Shown: one piece after another, positions 19,602-32,074 of the stretch
Position numbering within the stretch: position 1 is the stretch's first letter
Layout of the letters: each line of letters begins with the position of its first letter
IMG/VR virus record: IMGVR_UViG_3300033066_001289
Span: 32,001 to 96,000 of that record
From: a virus
Taxonomy: Duplodnaviria > Caudoviricetes
Reading direction: 5' to 3' (one strand)
Length of the DNA stretch: 64,000 bases
Program-made: the position numbers and the translations under genes
The notes under the pieces: generated by a model
The model's database searches: none
Told to the model about the DNA's origin: nothing
Seen by the model: only the letters and a program-made list of their open reading frames with translations

Positions 19602-20736
19602 GTTATTAATTCTTTAATTTGTCTATATACGCTTGTCCAACTATATTTATCAATTACCTTATTATACTCAGAATCTGATATCTGAACTTTTCTATTATAA
19701 CAATCTTTCATTAATTGAATTCCGATGATCAATATTTGGCTTATACATCACTGCATATACACTAGCATCCCAATACTGATAATCCATCGGACACCTTACT
19801 ACCTTCCCCTCAATCAACAAACTATTATCCTTATTACAGAAATCTAATTGTCCACCATAATCACAACATATATTAATTTTTTTGCTTACTAATGCCTCTA
19901 ACATAGTTAGACCAAAACCTTCACAAGCACTTGTTGAAATTACTGCATCACAACTTCTATATAAATCAGAAATGTCATCTATGTAATCGTGTATTACTAC
20001 TATCTCTGCTGAATTCTTATATTTCTCTTTATATTCTTTATAAATTTCACTCCAAGATTCCTCAAACCCAAACTCTGGATTCTTATTCCCAACTTTAATT
20101 ACTAAACAAACATCATCAGATTTATTAAAAGCTTTACCAAACATCTCTAAAGCATATCTTATCTGCTTACGTTTATGACATTGATGTGCTACCAATAAGA
20201 ATTTATATGATTTATTGGTTTTTAGCTTTATAGTTTCTGCTCTATTAATAAAAGAATCTGAATAACCATGAGGTACTACTACTAGTTTTGATTCTGGAAT
20301 TTTTGCGTCTATGAACCCTTGGCGGCAGAAGTATGATGGGGAAAACATTTTATCTATATACTCAAAGTTCTTTGCTGTACCGAGGCGGTAATGTATTTGC
20401 TCCGTTTATTCCATTAAACTCCCATGCCCATATTCCAAATCTATTTTTAGTTCCTCTATTTAAGTAATTTCCAAAATTACGAGGCATTGTATAGGAAATT
20501 TGTACATCATAATTATTTTTCAATCCAACAAATAGCTTATCATCTATTTTTGTTTTTTTGTCGAAGGAGCCTTTTAAGTTTGATTTGAGGTCTTCTGGAT
20601 AATTTTGTATACCATTAGTACTAAAAATATCTACATCATGTCCATCTTTAATAAATTCACGCGCCAAAGATTGACCTACTACAGACCAACTGTGGCAATT
20701 CCCAAAAAATTGTTGAAATTTAACTTGCATTACCAT
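19598..20736 (-). CDS. Glycosyltransferase family 4 (two CGG +1 sites: 20379, 19721)
   Basis: VVPHG, RKQ, EGFGLTMLEA; C-terminal KYSW appears only after reconstruction (PPG|TAK, DHG|IQL). Confidence 0.9.
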
Positions 20737-20755
20737 ACATATATCAGGAGTTCAT

Positions 20756-21064
20756 ATGTTGAAGATTAAAGATATTGAAAATAATTGTCTCTTCTGCAAT
20801 CAAGAATTTGAACAATATTTCCGTACCATCTGCTATTCATGCAACTTAATTAAACAATCACATTTCTTTGGCTTTGAACTAGTTAAAACTAACTCCTTTA
20901 TACTAGATATTAGCTTTAAACCTATTAAAGAAAATTATATTAATTATTCAAATCCAATTATAAAATTATTATATTCTAATAATATTCATAATTTTATATT
21001 TGAAGACATTCAAAATTCTCAAGATTTAGCCAATAAAATTAACAAACTGTTAATTTTCATTTAA
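20756..21064 (+). CDS. Small zinc-finger-like hypothetical protein
   Basis: CLFC...CYSC; ends NKLLIFI; AGGAG RBS. Confidence 0.65.
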   Translation: MLKIKDIENNCLFCNQEFEQYFRTICYSCNLIKQSHFFGFELVKTNSFILDISFKPIKENYINYSNPIIKLLYSNNIHNFIFEDIQNSQDLANKINKLLIFI

Positions 21065-24000
21065 TTATTCAAAAAATAATACTAATCTTGCCATATATAC
21101 ATTTCCTGTTGATGCTACATCAACTGATATTTTAATCTCATATACTACATCTAATGATGCAATATCTAATGATGATAAAATATCATCAGATTGTAAAAAT
21201 ATCAATGAACTTGAAGTTGTTTGTACATATGGATTAACACCTGACAAATCTATTGGAATACCAGTATTAGTATTGGTTAAAGTAACTCTTGTATTATTTC
21301 CAGCACTATTTTTAGCTATTACTTCAAAATAAGCACTTTGAATAATAAATGGATCATAATCTTCAAATCTAAATTTAAATGCTCCTACTGAATCTCCAGA
21401 TGTTGAAGTAGTATATACTGTTGTTGTAGCTACATTTCCATTTAATCCATCTATATATAAAGGAGTTTTATATGCAAATGTAGGATCTAATTTACCATTA
21501 GAATCCGTTTTAATTATTTTATCAGCATCTGATGCTCCAGTTGTAACATCTATTGGTGCTGTAAATTCATAACTAGTTCCATTGCTAACTAATACTGTTC
21601 CAGAAGCTCCTATAGTACTTAATCCTGTACCACCATTAAGTATTGGTAATACTCCAGTTACATCAGTTTCTAAATCAACTAATGCACTTGGTCCACCTAC
21701 ATTAGCTCCACTAAATACACTTATTAACTGTAATAGATTCTGTACTTGTGTAGAATCAACTACAATTGGTGAATTGTTAAATCCACCTTTCTTTAAAAAT
21801 ACTTGAACTTGTATTTTAGTATTTAATGTTTGTAATACTAAATCTTCATATAAATTAGTAAAGTTTAATGATAATAAACCTGTGGTATAATCCATGAATA
21901 CACCAATTTTACCATCTATTAATACTCCTGAATAACCATCTTCATCTGTTCCTCCAGTATTTGGAGAGAATGATTGTACTGCTACTGAAAATCTTAATTG
22001 ATCATTTGCCAAAGCTGCTGAACTTACCAATGAACAATCAGCAAATCTCATTGCTGGAAATCCTAATCTAGTTAGTCCAGTACCATTATAATCTGCTATA
22101 AAATCATCAAATACATTTATAGTTCTTTCTGCAGAAAATATACCATCTGGAACTTCTAGAATTATTGTTCCTACTTCAAAGTCTACTTTATAAAAATCTC
22201 CACTTTGATCTAGTAACTGTCCTCCTGTACGAAGAACTAAATTATTTGGTAAATAAAAGTCATTCTTACCAGGATCAAATGCAGATGGTGCATTATAAAC
22301 TGTACAAGTATAACCATCAATTAAACATTGATTAACTTCATATCCAGAATTATCTTGGAATATACAAGGAACTTGTTTTGGATTAGAGTTTGATACTACT
22401 AAATAATCTTCCCAAGCCAATTGTCTTTCAACTAATATAGTTGCTGGACTTGTTAGAAAATTGTGTGATGCAAAATAACCATCATCACTACTAAATATAT
22501 CTTGTAATGGATGTATGTCTGCGTTTCTATTGGCAGAGTATGATGGGAAATCGTCATCCCTATCTATAAATTTTTCAACTTTGATTTTCAATACATTAAA
22601 TGGTGTACCAATCTTTAAATATGGATCAGTTGTTGGTCCAGGATATACTTGTGTACTAGGAGCAGTAGCTATTCTTTCAATATATGATGTTAATAAATAT
22701 CCATCATTTTCACTAATATAAAAATCTTGATCAATATCAGCTCTTAACATTTCTTCAAATGTTCCAGAATCTAATAAAATCTTTTGTATAGTTAATGTAT
22801 CACTAGTAGTATCTAATTCAGTAATAAAAAATTTACCATTATTACCTTCATTAGCAGAATATATAGCTAAATAATTATCACTTAATCCAGAAATGGCTGA
22901 AAAGTTTACAACACTACTTGCAAAACTAGCCAATCTTCTATCGGATGGGTTTGCTACTAAAATACCATCGCTTCCACTTGCTACTATTGTACTAGTAACT
23001 TTATTAATAACTCTAAAAGTTAATCCAGTTTGTGAAACAAAATCTTCATTTAATGTTTGATAACCATTTTCAATTATTGCAGTAATTCCATTATCAGTAA
23101 TACTTGTTACCAATGGTGGAGAAATATTCATATTAAAATTCAAATAACTATATAATAAATCTAAGTCATCAGAATCAATAATACCATCGCCATTAACATC
23201 TCCATATAACATTTGACATAATTTAACATCGGCGATTCTGTAATAAACTGAAGTATTATTTGCATTTGGATAAATCTTTGCTTTTGTAAAATCCCCTGAT
23301 AATAAATAGCTAGACAAAGCTGTTACTGAAGTGTCATATCTATAGCCATCAGATGGATCAGTGACTAATTTAATTATAATCTGATTATCAGATGTTGTAA
23401 AACTATATAATTTTGAAAAAATCTCTACATCAGATAAATCCAAAAACTTTTTATTCTTGTCTGATATACTACCTAATGCAAATAAATCATTAGTTGTAGT
23501 TAAGTTTGAGACCTCTAAAGAATTAAGTAAACTAACACTTGGAGTAAACTGTTGCTGACTATTTACAGGGTCTCCTGTACGTTGATCAGGAACGCTATCG
23601 CTCTCTGTTATAACAGCACTCAAAACTCCTTTAAATACATCATTGCCAGAAAAAGACAAGCCATCTAAAGAGTAATCTACAGTAGCTCCAGTTGTAGAAT
23701 CTTCAATAGTTTTTTCAATAATAACACCATGTCCAGATTCATATCCTTGACCATCTGTTACTTTTGCTGCATCTGTATGAATCTTAAACCATAAATCATC
23801 ATTTGGAATATCTACCCATATAATTCCATTAAATGTTGTATACCTTGAATCATCTACATGATCACTACCACATGCTACTTGTATATCACATTTATTAGCT
23901 GCACCAGATCTTTTTAAAGTAAAAGCATAATAATTTCCAGCTTTTATAACATTATTTGATGCAACATTTGTATTGCTTAATATAAAGTCGACTGGTTGAG

Positions 24001-24973
24001 GTGTACCATCTAATATTGTTCCAATCGCTTCTAATGTAGAATAACTAAAACTCAATTGAGCCAATGGTATATTTTGTGGATCAAAATCTATAGCAAGGTT
24101 ATTTGCTATATCTGTTGGACAATTTAATGAAGTTTGTAATGGATAAATGCTAAATACTAAATCTCCTGTCCATTGTAAATCATCTTCATCTCCAGGAACA
24201 TTATTAGCTACAGATAGTAATAATGTTACTTTTTGAATATTATTTGTAGATGCTTTGAATTTTTGTCCTACTTGTGTACTTACATCATCTACTTCTAATA
24301 ACTTATTTTCTTTTTCATCTGTTAATATATTTAAGTCTTCTATATTATATAATGGTAAACATGATTTTAGAAAGTTTTCTAAAGTCATACTTACTGCATT
24401 ATAAAAGTCTCTAAAAAATAAATTTGGCTCTATATCTTGAGCTACCATTATAGTATCTCTTGATAAAGACATTGGATTAGCTTCTTTTATAGTAAACTTG
24501 CCACCTAAATTAAATGATTGTGTACTGGTGCCTCTAATATCATTAAATAAAATTGTTAATATTCTAGTAAAATGTTTTTTACCAATTTGTTTTTCATTTG
24601 TTTTAAATACAAATGTTTCATAAATTAAAGCACTATTAAAATCTAATCCTATAACACAAACTTTAACATTTCTTTTGCCAGCAGCTTCTGAATGCGATAG
24701 TTCTAATTCTAATTGGTTTCCAAAATTAGTATCAGAAGGTTGAGCTTGTGACTGAATATTTAAACCATCTAATAATCCAGTCTCTTCTTCTGAATCAAAT
24801 AATACATTTTGATTTAATGCAGATATTACTACTCCAGAACCAAAATGATTATTTATAATAGATGCTTGTATAGTATTATTAAAATCTTGTTCTAATGTTA
24901 AATTAGCATCATCAACTTGTTCTGAGTCGAACCAACTATTTTGTTTTACTGAAACTGGGCTTCTTTTTGTCAT
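21065..24973 (-). CDS. Large virion protein with dockerin/EF-hand-like loops and a fibre-like C-terminal motif
   Basis: GDVNGDGIIDSDDLDLL and ADIDQDFYISENDGYLL; GVLPILNGGTG motif typical of tail-fibre shafts; follows baseplate genes. Confidence 0.7.
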   Translation of the reverse strand: MTKRSPVSVKQNSWFDSEQVDDANLTLEQDFNNTIQASIINNHFGSGVVISALNQNVLFDSEEETGLLDGLNIQSQAQPSDTNFGNQLELELSHSEAAGKRNVKVCVIGLDFNSALIYETFVFKTNEKQIGKKHFTRILTILFNDIRGTSTQSFNLGGKFTIKEANPMSLSRDTIMVAQDIEPNLFFRDFYNAVSMTLENFLKSCLPLYNIEDLNILTDEKENKLLEVDDVSTQVGQKFKASTNNIQKVTLLLSVANNVPGDEDDLQWTGDLVFSIYPLQTSLNCPTDIANNLAIDFDPQNIPLAQLSFSYSTLEAIGTILDGTPQPVDFILSNTNVASNNVIKAGNYYAFTLKRSGAANKCDIQVACGSDHVDDSRYTTFNGIIWVDIPNDDLWFKIHTDAAKVTDGQGYESGHGVIIEKTIEDSTTGATVDYSLDGLSFSGNDVFKGVLSAVITESDSVPDQRTGDPVNSQQQFTPSVSLLNSLEVSNLTTTNDLFALGSISDKNKKFLDLSDVEIFSKLYSFTTSDNQIIIKLVTDPSDGYRYDTSVTALSSYLLSGDFTKAKIYPNANNTSVYYRIADVKLCQMLYGDVNGDGIIDSDDLDLLYSYLNFNMNISPPLVTSITDNGITAIIENGYQTLNEDFVSQTGLTFRVINKVTSTIVASGSDGILVANPSDRRLASFASSVVNFSAISGLSDNYLAIYSANEGNNGKFFITELDTTSDTLTIQKILLDSGTFEEMLRADIDQDFYISENDGYLLTSYIERIATAPSTQVYPGPTTDPYLKIGTPFNVLKIKVEKFIDRDDDFPSYSANRNADIHPLQDIFSSDDGYFASHNFLTSPATILVERQLAWEDYLVVSNSNPKQVPCIFQDNSGYEVNQCLIDGYTCTVYNAPSAFDPGKNDFYLPNNLVLRTGGQLLDQSGDFYKVDFEVGTIILEVPDGIFSAERTINVFDDFIADYNGTGLTRLGFPAMRFADCSLVSSAALANDQLRFSVAVQSFSPNTGGTDEDGYSGVLIDGKIGVFMDYTTGLLSLNFTNLYEDLVLQTLNTKIQVQVFLKKGGFNNSPIVVDSTQVQNLLQLISVFSGANVGGPSALVDLETDVTGVLPILNGGTGLSTIGASGTVLVSNGTSYEFTAPIDVTTGASDADKIIKTDSNGKLDPTFAYKTPLYIDGLNGNVATTTVYTTSTSGDSVGAFKFRFEDYDPFIIQSAYFEVIAKNSAGNNTRVTLTNTNTGIPIDLSGVNPYVQTTSSSLIFLQSDDILSSLDIASLDVVYEIKISVDVASTGNVYMARLVLFFE

Positions 24974-24988
24974 TTGTTATCCATTATA

Positions 24989-25001
24989 ATATCAATATAT
25001 T
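24989..25001 (-). promoter_or_regulatory. Putative phage promoter motif AATAWWTWRRYAT
   Basis: AATATATTGATAT upstream of ATG 24973. Confidence 0.45.
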
Positions 25002-25004
25002 GGT

Positions 25005-28000
25005 TCATTTTAAGTAGTCTATAAAAACTCTAGAATTGGCTGGCTTTAATGTTTTAATCAATTTTTCTAATATTTGCTTAACTCTTTCACTTCCTGAAAC
25101 AATATCAAAACTATCAATTATATTAACCTCAAAATCAAATAATCCATTGTTCTTATTCTTTAATACTACAAAATCCTCATTTAAACGTCTATCTAAGTCT
25201 GACTCTAACAAATATGTAGTGTACAAATCGCTAGTCACTGGATATATAACGCTCAAATTGCTATTATAATTTATATCAATAGGCTCTCCATATGGCTTAT
25301 AAATTGGTCTACTAATATTACTTATTCTTACATTATCTATTAATCCAAATATTGTTTGTTTTTCATTAAAATCTCCACCAATATAGAATTGATTAAAATT
25401 ATCTTTTAAAGTAATATTTGTTAATAATCCATAGCCATCTCCTGGATATGCTGCACCATATACTGCTGGTCCACCATATAATTGACTACCATAAGTTAAA
25501 TTGCCATAATGATATCCATCTATAAATAGATGCATTTCATCTCTACCTCTTCCATTATTAACTTTATAACTTGCCTTAATTCTATGCCAAGTAGACTTTG
25601 CCCAATGTATAGGCGCCTTTAAATAATGGTCATTTATATAAAAATTCAAATATCCAAACTGGTCTTTAAATATAGATATTCTATCTCCTACAGCTTTGTT
25701 TGGCAAATAAGTCACAGAAACGGGAGTGTTCTTATATGGTAGTTTTCTATTTAATCTTATAATTTGTGTATTAGATTTATTTACTTTACCATTAAATGGC
25801 TTATATACTATTACTAATGCTAAACTACTTTGTGGTAAAAGTCTGCCTAAATATATTGTAACACCATCTGCAGATATAGTTCCGATTATTGAAATAATCA
25901 GTATTCGTATAATCTCCTACTATTTTAACGCTTATAACTTGGAATATCTTTCTACTTAAAGTTACAGTAGAATTATTAGTACTAGTTGCTGTCTCTGATA
26001 TTGCATCAATAGAATCTAATTCTAATAATCCTCCATCAAAATAATTTAAATCAGATCCTTTAACTTTAATGCTCAATATTCTACTAGCACTAGAATTAAC
26101 TTTAATCTTATTATAATCTAGGCTAGTTGTTTCTTCAGTTATTGCAGAATAACCATCAAAGTAATATCTAGTATTTGGATCATTATAAGTGTCATAATAT
26201 GGACTTGTCCAAAATTCTATAGTACCTTCTTTTTTAGTATCTAAAATTCCTAAATTGTCAACTAATAATGGTTTTTCTGTTATACTTAAGCTTGATCCAA
26301 AATTATCATTTATTGAATAGTTTGATTGTACATATTGTTTATTTGTATAATTTAAATAATAATCTGCAGAATTAACAAATGGATATTCTTCAAAATGATA
26401 TAACATTAATGTATTTTCATCTTTTTTCAATTGTTTTAATGAATTAAAGTCTCTTGTAATAGTTCTTTGTGATCCTACTACAACCTCTCCCACACGAGTG
26501 TCGGTTAACATAATATCATATGATTTAACTTCATCTAAAATACCATTAAACTGCTGATCTTTATTTATTGAACTCCCTATAAATCCATTATATTTAAATT
26601 TATCAAAATCTATATTTAAATATGTTTGATATTCAAATTCATAAAATCCTCTACTTAAATAATATGGAGTATTATATCCATCTAAATATTCAAAGAAAAA
26701 GAATCCATTTTGTAAACCACTTCTATATGTAGTTGTATTTAATATTTGATATGTTCCACCAGTAAATGGCGTCATATATCCATCTATTGTTAAAGTCAAA
26801 TTATCATCAGATATTCCTGTAATTAAATAATATCCTATATTTGATGGTCCTATTATTTGCAAATATCCATCTATATGTGATGCACTAAATGGAGTTATAT
26901 CAGTAACAGTATAACCACCAGTACTAGATAGAGAAATCCCTGATTTAGTTTGATATGTATATCTTATTACTGCCACATCTGAATTGTCTTCTGAAACAGT
27001 AATTGAATATGCCTCTTTAATATTTACTGTTAAAAATGTTTTAGTTAAACTAACTGGTACACATTTTACTTGATAACCAGTTACATTTATAAATTTATTT
27101 GTTGTATTTTGTGTTTCATATGTTGAAAAATTTAATGTTTCTGAAGTTCCAATAGTACTATATGTATCACCATATATAATAACTTGAACTGGATTTGTAA
27201 AATCAATATTGGTTAATCCAGCTATTGTTACTGCTAAAGTTCTTCCAAAATCAGATTCTATTACATTATCACATGTTAAAGTAGTTGTTTGATAATATGG
27301 AGAGCTGAACGTAGTATTACCTGAATTTATTAAAGTAGATTCTAATAATACTTTTTTAATTTGTACTTCATCTAAAGAAACTGGTGACTGTAATTGAGTT
27401 TTTAAAATATACTCATATCCATCACTCCATATATAATATTTGCCTTTTACTTTCTCATGATTTAAACCTAGAGTTCTAACTAATACTAATTCATTTTCTA
27501 ATACATTATTTTTAATTGTTAATAATGTATTATAATATCCATCTTTTTCAATAGCATAATCTGGATGTAATGCCCTAACACCATTTAGTTCTATTTCTGT
27601 ATTTTTATAAATATAGAAATCCTGACCAGTTAAGTTTACATCTAATTCATCAGAAATTGTTAAATAATGACCATTAACTTCTAATATTGAATATGTTTTT
27701 TCTAAATTAATATTATCAATTCTAATAATATCACCAGCCTCTATATCATTTGTGGTAAAATTAACTATTGGTGATTCTACTATATTAGATCCGCTAGTAG
27801 TTATTAAATCATATCCGTCTAAATTAACTTCTAATTTACAAACATAAATATTTGAAAATACCTCTAATTCAGTTAATACTTCAAATTGAGTTTCATTTAC
27901 TGAAAAATTACCATTAGTTATTGTTAATGGCATATTATCTACCAATGTTAAGTTTTGTCCTGATACTCCAGATATAGTATAACCAAATTCACTAAATCCA

Positions 28001-31000
28001 GGCTCATTTATAAAAATAGCATCTCCAGGATTAATATTGTATCCACTAAAATTAATAGCAGATGTAACTATATTAGAACCAATTGTAGTTACTAGATCTG
28101 AACTTCCAATAATATCTTTAGTTGGTAATCCTATAATTTCTTCTGGATTTACTGTTCTAAATGGCTCATGTAAATAATTTGGTAAGTTTTGAGTATATTT
28201 AATTATATTTGGAACTTCGAAACCATCTATAAATAAATGTAATTCATCTTGATTATTTTTAGTATTAAGTTTCCAGCTTGTAGCTACATGATGTAATTCT
28301 CCATATAACCAACTAGACGCATCATAACTTATTGAATATGATTTTCCATTTTTATCTAAAACTTCAAAATTAATATATCCAGCTATATCTTTATAAATTG
28401 ATATTCTATTCTTTAACTCTTCACCTACATCTAAAATATAATGATCTACATCAGATATGAATGTAACTAATTCATCTACTTGTCCCGTACCATTTAACTT
28501 TAATGTTAATTTATTTGTTCCTGTTGTTGTTTTTATATTATCTGTTGATACATTATAAAAACTACCAGTTGATTCAATTAATACATTATATCCTAATGAA
28601 TATCCATCTAAAGTTCCATTAACATATCCATCTATTATTTCAACATGCCATTTATTTGTAGTATATCCATCATTATCATAATAAATAAAAATGCCATCTT
28701 TATTTTTATTTGGTACTCCTGATACATTTGAATTTTTATTTAAGCTAAATTCATTTGATTCTGGATGATATTCTAAAGCTCCAATAAATACTGTATTTGA
28801 TTCTACATCATACCCATCTTTAGTAATAGTAAATGTTAATTCTGCATCATTATCAATACCATTCCAATATGGCATAACCCATGTTTCAAATGTTCCAGAT
28901 TCTAATTTAATATTTGAATTAGATTGAAACATCAATGATTGATTTGAAGAATTTACTAAAACTCCTTGACCATATTTGGCTGGTAATAATTCAAAACTTC
29001 CTTCAGCTTCTAATCCTCTTTGATTTAATAAAGAGCTACCTAAAGACCAATTTTGAAATATAGATTCTATAATTTCTGGTTCTATATGAGAAATTTTCTT
29101 TCCAATATTTTTAATAGCTGAAACAGTTGGTCCCTTAACAAATGAAGATAAACATGCATCTAATGCATCCCTATATCTTTCTCTATCTAACTCAGTATCA
29201 AATATTTTTAATTCATCTATTCCTGTTAATTCTCCAAAATTATTTAATAATGAATCTCTTAATGCTCCAACCTTATATGAAACATAATATTCTTCTCCAG
29301 GAGATAATACATCAGTCTGTCTAAAATCAATTAGATTTTCTCCATATTCATATGAAACTAATAACTCATCTGCTAAATAAGAATAATCAATAAAGAAATC
29401 TCCTTTATTATAATCTACCATTACTCTAGATAAATCATTCATTGTTACTGTTACAATAACATTTACATAATCATTTGATGCTGGTGAACCTGTTCCAGAT
29501 AGAATTAATCTAACAGTATCTCCTGTTTCAATTGTTCCTGATCCATCCCATAATTGCTGAGAATCTGACACTCTAACTACACTAAAATTATATGTAATAT
29601 TTGCAGAAAGATAATTTATTGAAACTGGAACATCTACATAATAATCAGATCCATCAAAACCAACATTTGAAAATGATGTATTAGTATAACTACCTACTGT
29701 AATATCATAATCTGAATATGTGCTAACACTTGCAAAATTAAATGGATTTGTTGAATTTAATAAATCTGTATATTCATATACCCCATTTATAGATTTAACT
29801 AAATTAGTTACTCCAGAATTAAATGTAACACCTTCAAATACTCCTATTGATGTATTTGATATTGCATAAGGATAATTAGTATCTTCATCTAAATATAATT
29901 CATCATTATTATCTAATCCACTTACTATAACTTCTCCATCATCAAAACTAGAATATGTAAATGATTTATTTTTATTATTTAAACTATTTATTTGATAATA
30001 TATATTATCTATATTTGTTATGTGTGGAAATGTAGGTACAATTGAATTATATTTATATGTAACCTCTCCTATTATATTAGATTGATTTGTAGAAACTGCT
30101 ACATAAATAACACCGTTGGTATAGTCTATATTATATTGTCCTACAGATTCTAGAATACTAATATTATTATACTCTGAATATTCTCTTACAAAATATCTTT
30201 CATTTACAAATACATCTTGATCTGAAAAATTTATAAATGAATTCTTAAAACATCCAATACCATCTTCTGTTCCAGAAACTAAATTATTGTTATTTAAATT
30301 AATTTTAAATACTCTTAAAGAAGATGCATTGGTCAATGTAGAATTAATAAATAAAGTTTCATTAGTTATTGTATTAAAAGCTACTCTTTCTCTATTGGCT
30401 TGATCAATTTTTGGAGGAATATTATATTTAAAATAAATTTTATCATTATTCCATCTTGAAGTTGTATAGATTTCTCCAGTACTTTCATTATAAATTCTAA
30501 AAACATTAGTAATTGGCAAATTATCAACTTGTAATACATTTAAAGCCAATAATTTATTATTTACTCTTTCATTTAATGATTCTTTATGTAAATTGGCAAC
30601 ATAATCTACATCTGGAATAAAAGCCTCTTCATAATCAAAGTTAACTTTACCAGATTGATCTAATAAATTACCATGTGGTAATGCTACTAAATCAGAAGCG
30701 CTTGAATCATATACATAATCTATTTCATTTGTATATATAAATCTATAAGTATAACTAACTAATGGAGGAGTTGGTCCAGTACCATCATTTTCAAAATCAG
30801 CACCATATACATAAACCGTTCCTGTAGCATAATCTATAGAATATTGTCCTGCTGAATTTGGTAATCCATTCAATCTAAATGGTAATTCTTGTAAAAAGGC
30901 TGGATGACTTGTAGAGTTATCATTTGGATTAATAAAACTTAATCCTCCGCTTTCATATACTTCATTATTTGAATCTACTATTGGTGCATGTTTTAAATTA

Positions 31001-32073
31001 AAAATATTAATAATTGGTGGTAATACTTCTCTAGTAGCATTACTAATATCATAAACTTCTACACTAGTAGGATCTACAACTACACTTAAATCTTTATATT
31101 CATATTCAACTGTTGCTGATGTAACATTATCTAAACTAAATAATGGATCATCTAATATTAATTGACTAATTTTAATTTGATTTTCTTCTAATTGTGCATA
31201 TTTAAATGCATAATCTTGATCATATCTATTTTCAACTATTTGATATCCATAAGTAGTAATATCATAAGTATAAGTTGGATTGGCTGTAGACTGTGTAAAT
31301 ATTAGAGAATTTAATTTAATTACTGGAGATTTTGATACAGTAATTATAAATTCATCTATATTAAAGCCATTTTCAATATCTGTAGTATTTATGGTTAAAG
31401 CTTTACTAATCGTTTTTCTCTGTAAAGTAACTGGAGAGCTTGGAAATTCAGCATAAGTAAAAGTATTATTTACTTGTGCATTTGTTTGAGTTCTACCAAC
31501 TCTAATTATTTCATAAGCAGATTCTTCATTTAACCTATCTGATGTTCCATATCCTCTACTTTTTTGCTCATCTATAATATCAACATTTAAATAGTTTTCA
31601 TTCTTTAATTGTTTAATATCATATAATCCCTTAGCTAAATGAATAGATAATATATTTAAGTATTTATTTACAAAAGTTTGATCATCCTGATAATTATAAA
31701 TGCTTCCATTTAAAAAATTAAATAGATATTCTTTCATTATATTATCTGGATTAACAGGACCAATTACTAAATATTTATTCGCAACTCCATCTTCTAATAA
31801 TTTGGCAGTTCCATGAAATGAAATAAATGGATTATCTGTAGTAGATTGAAATTGTACATAATACGTTGCATACTGTCCTAATGGTTGACAGTTAATTTTT
31901 ATAGTATTACCACTTACTTTAATTGATAATACTTCTGAATCTACTATACTCGGAGTATCTGATAATATAGATACATTTTGAGTCGATAAATCTTTATATA
32001 AAATATCAGTAAATGTTACTGATATAGTAGAACTATCTACTACTGTTACTGATTGTATACGTAAATTTTGCAT
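25005..32073 (-). CDS. Giant baseplate-associated protein with LamG/ConA-like domains (about 2355 aa; one CGG +1 site, 25881-25884)
   Basis: GTFETW, HHVATSW, LFIDG, GILDEV, GTIEFW, WHRIKASY, GLIDNVRIS; DYFNNG|TISADG joins the 2082-aa and 236-aa ORFs. Confidence 0.75.
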
Positions 32074-32074
32074 A

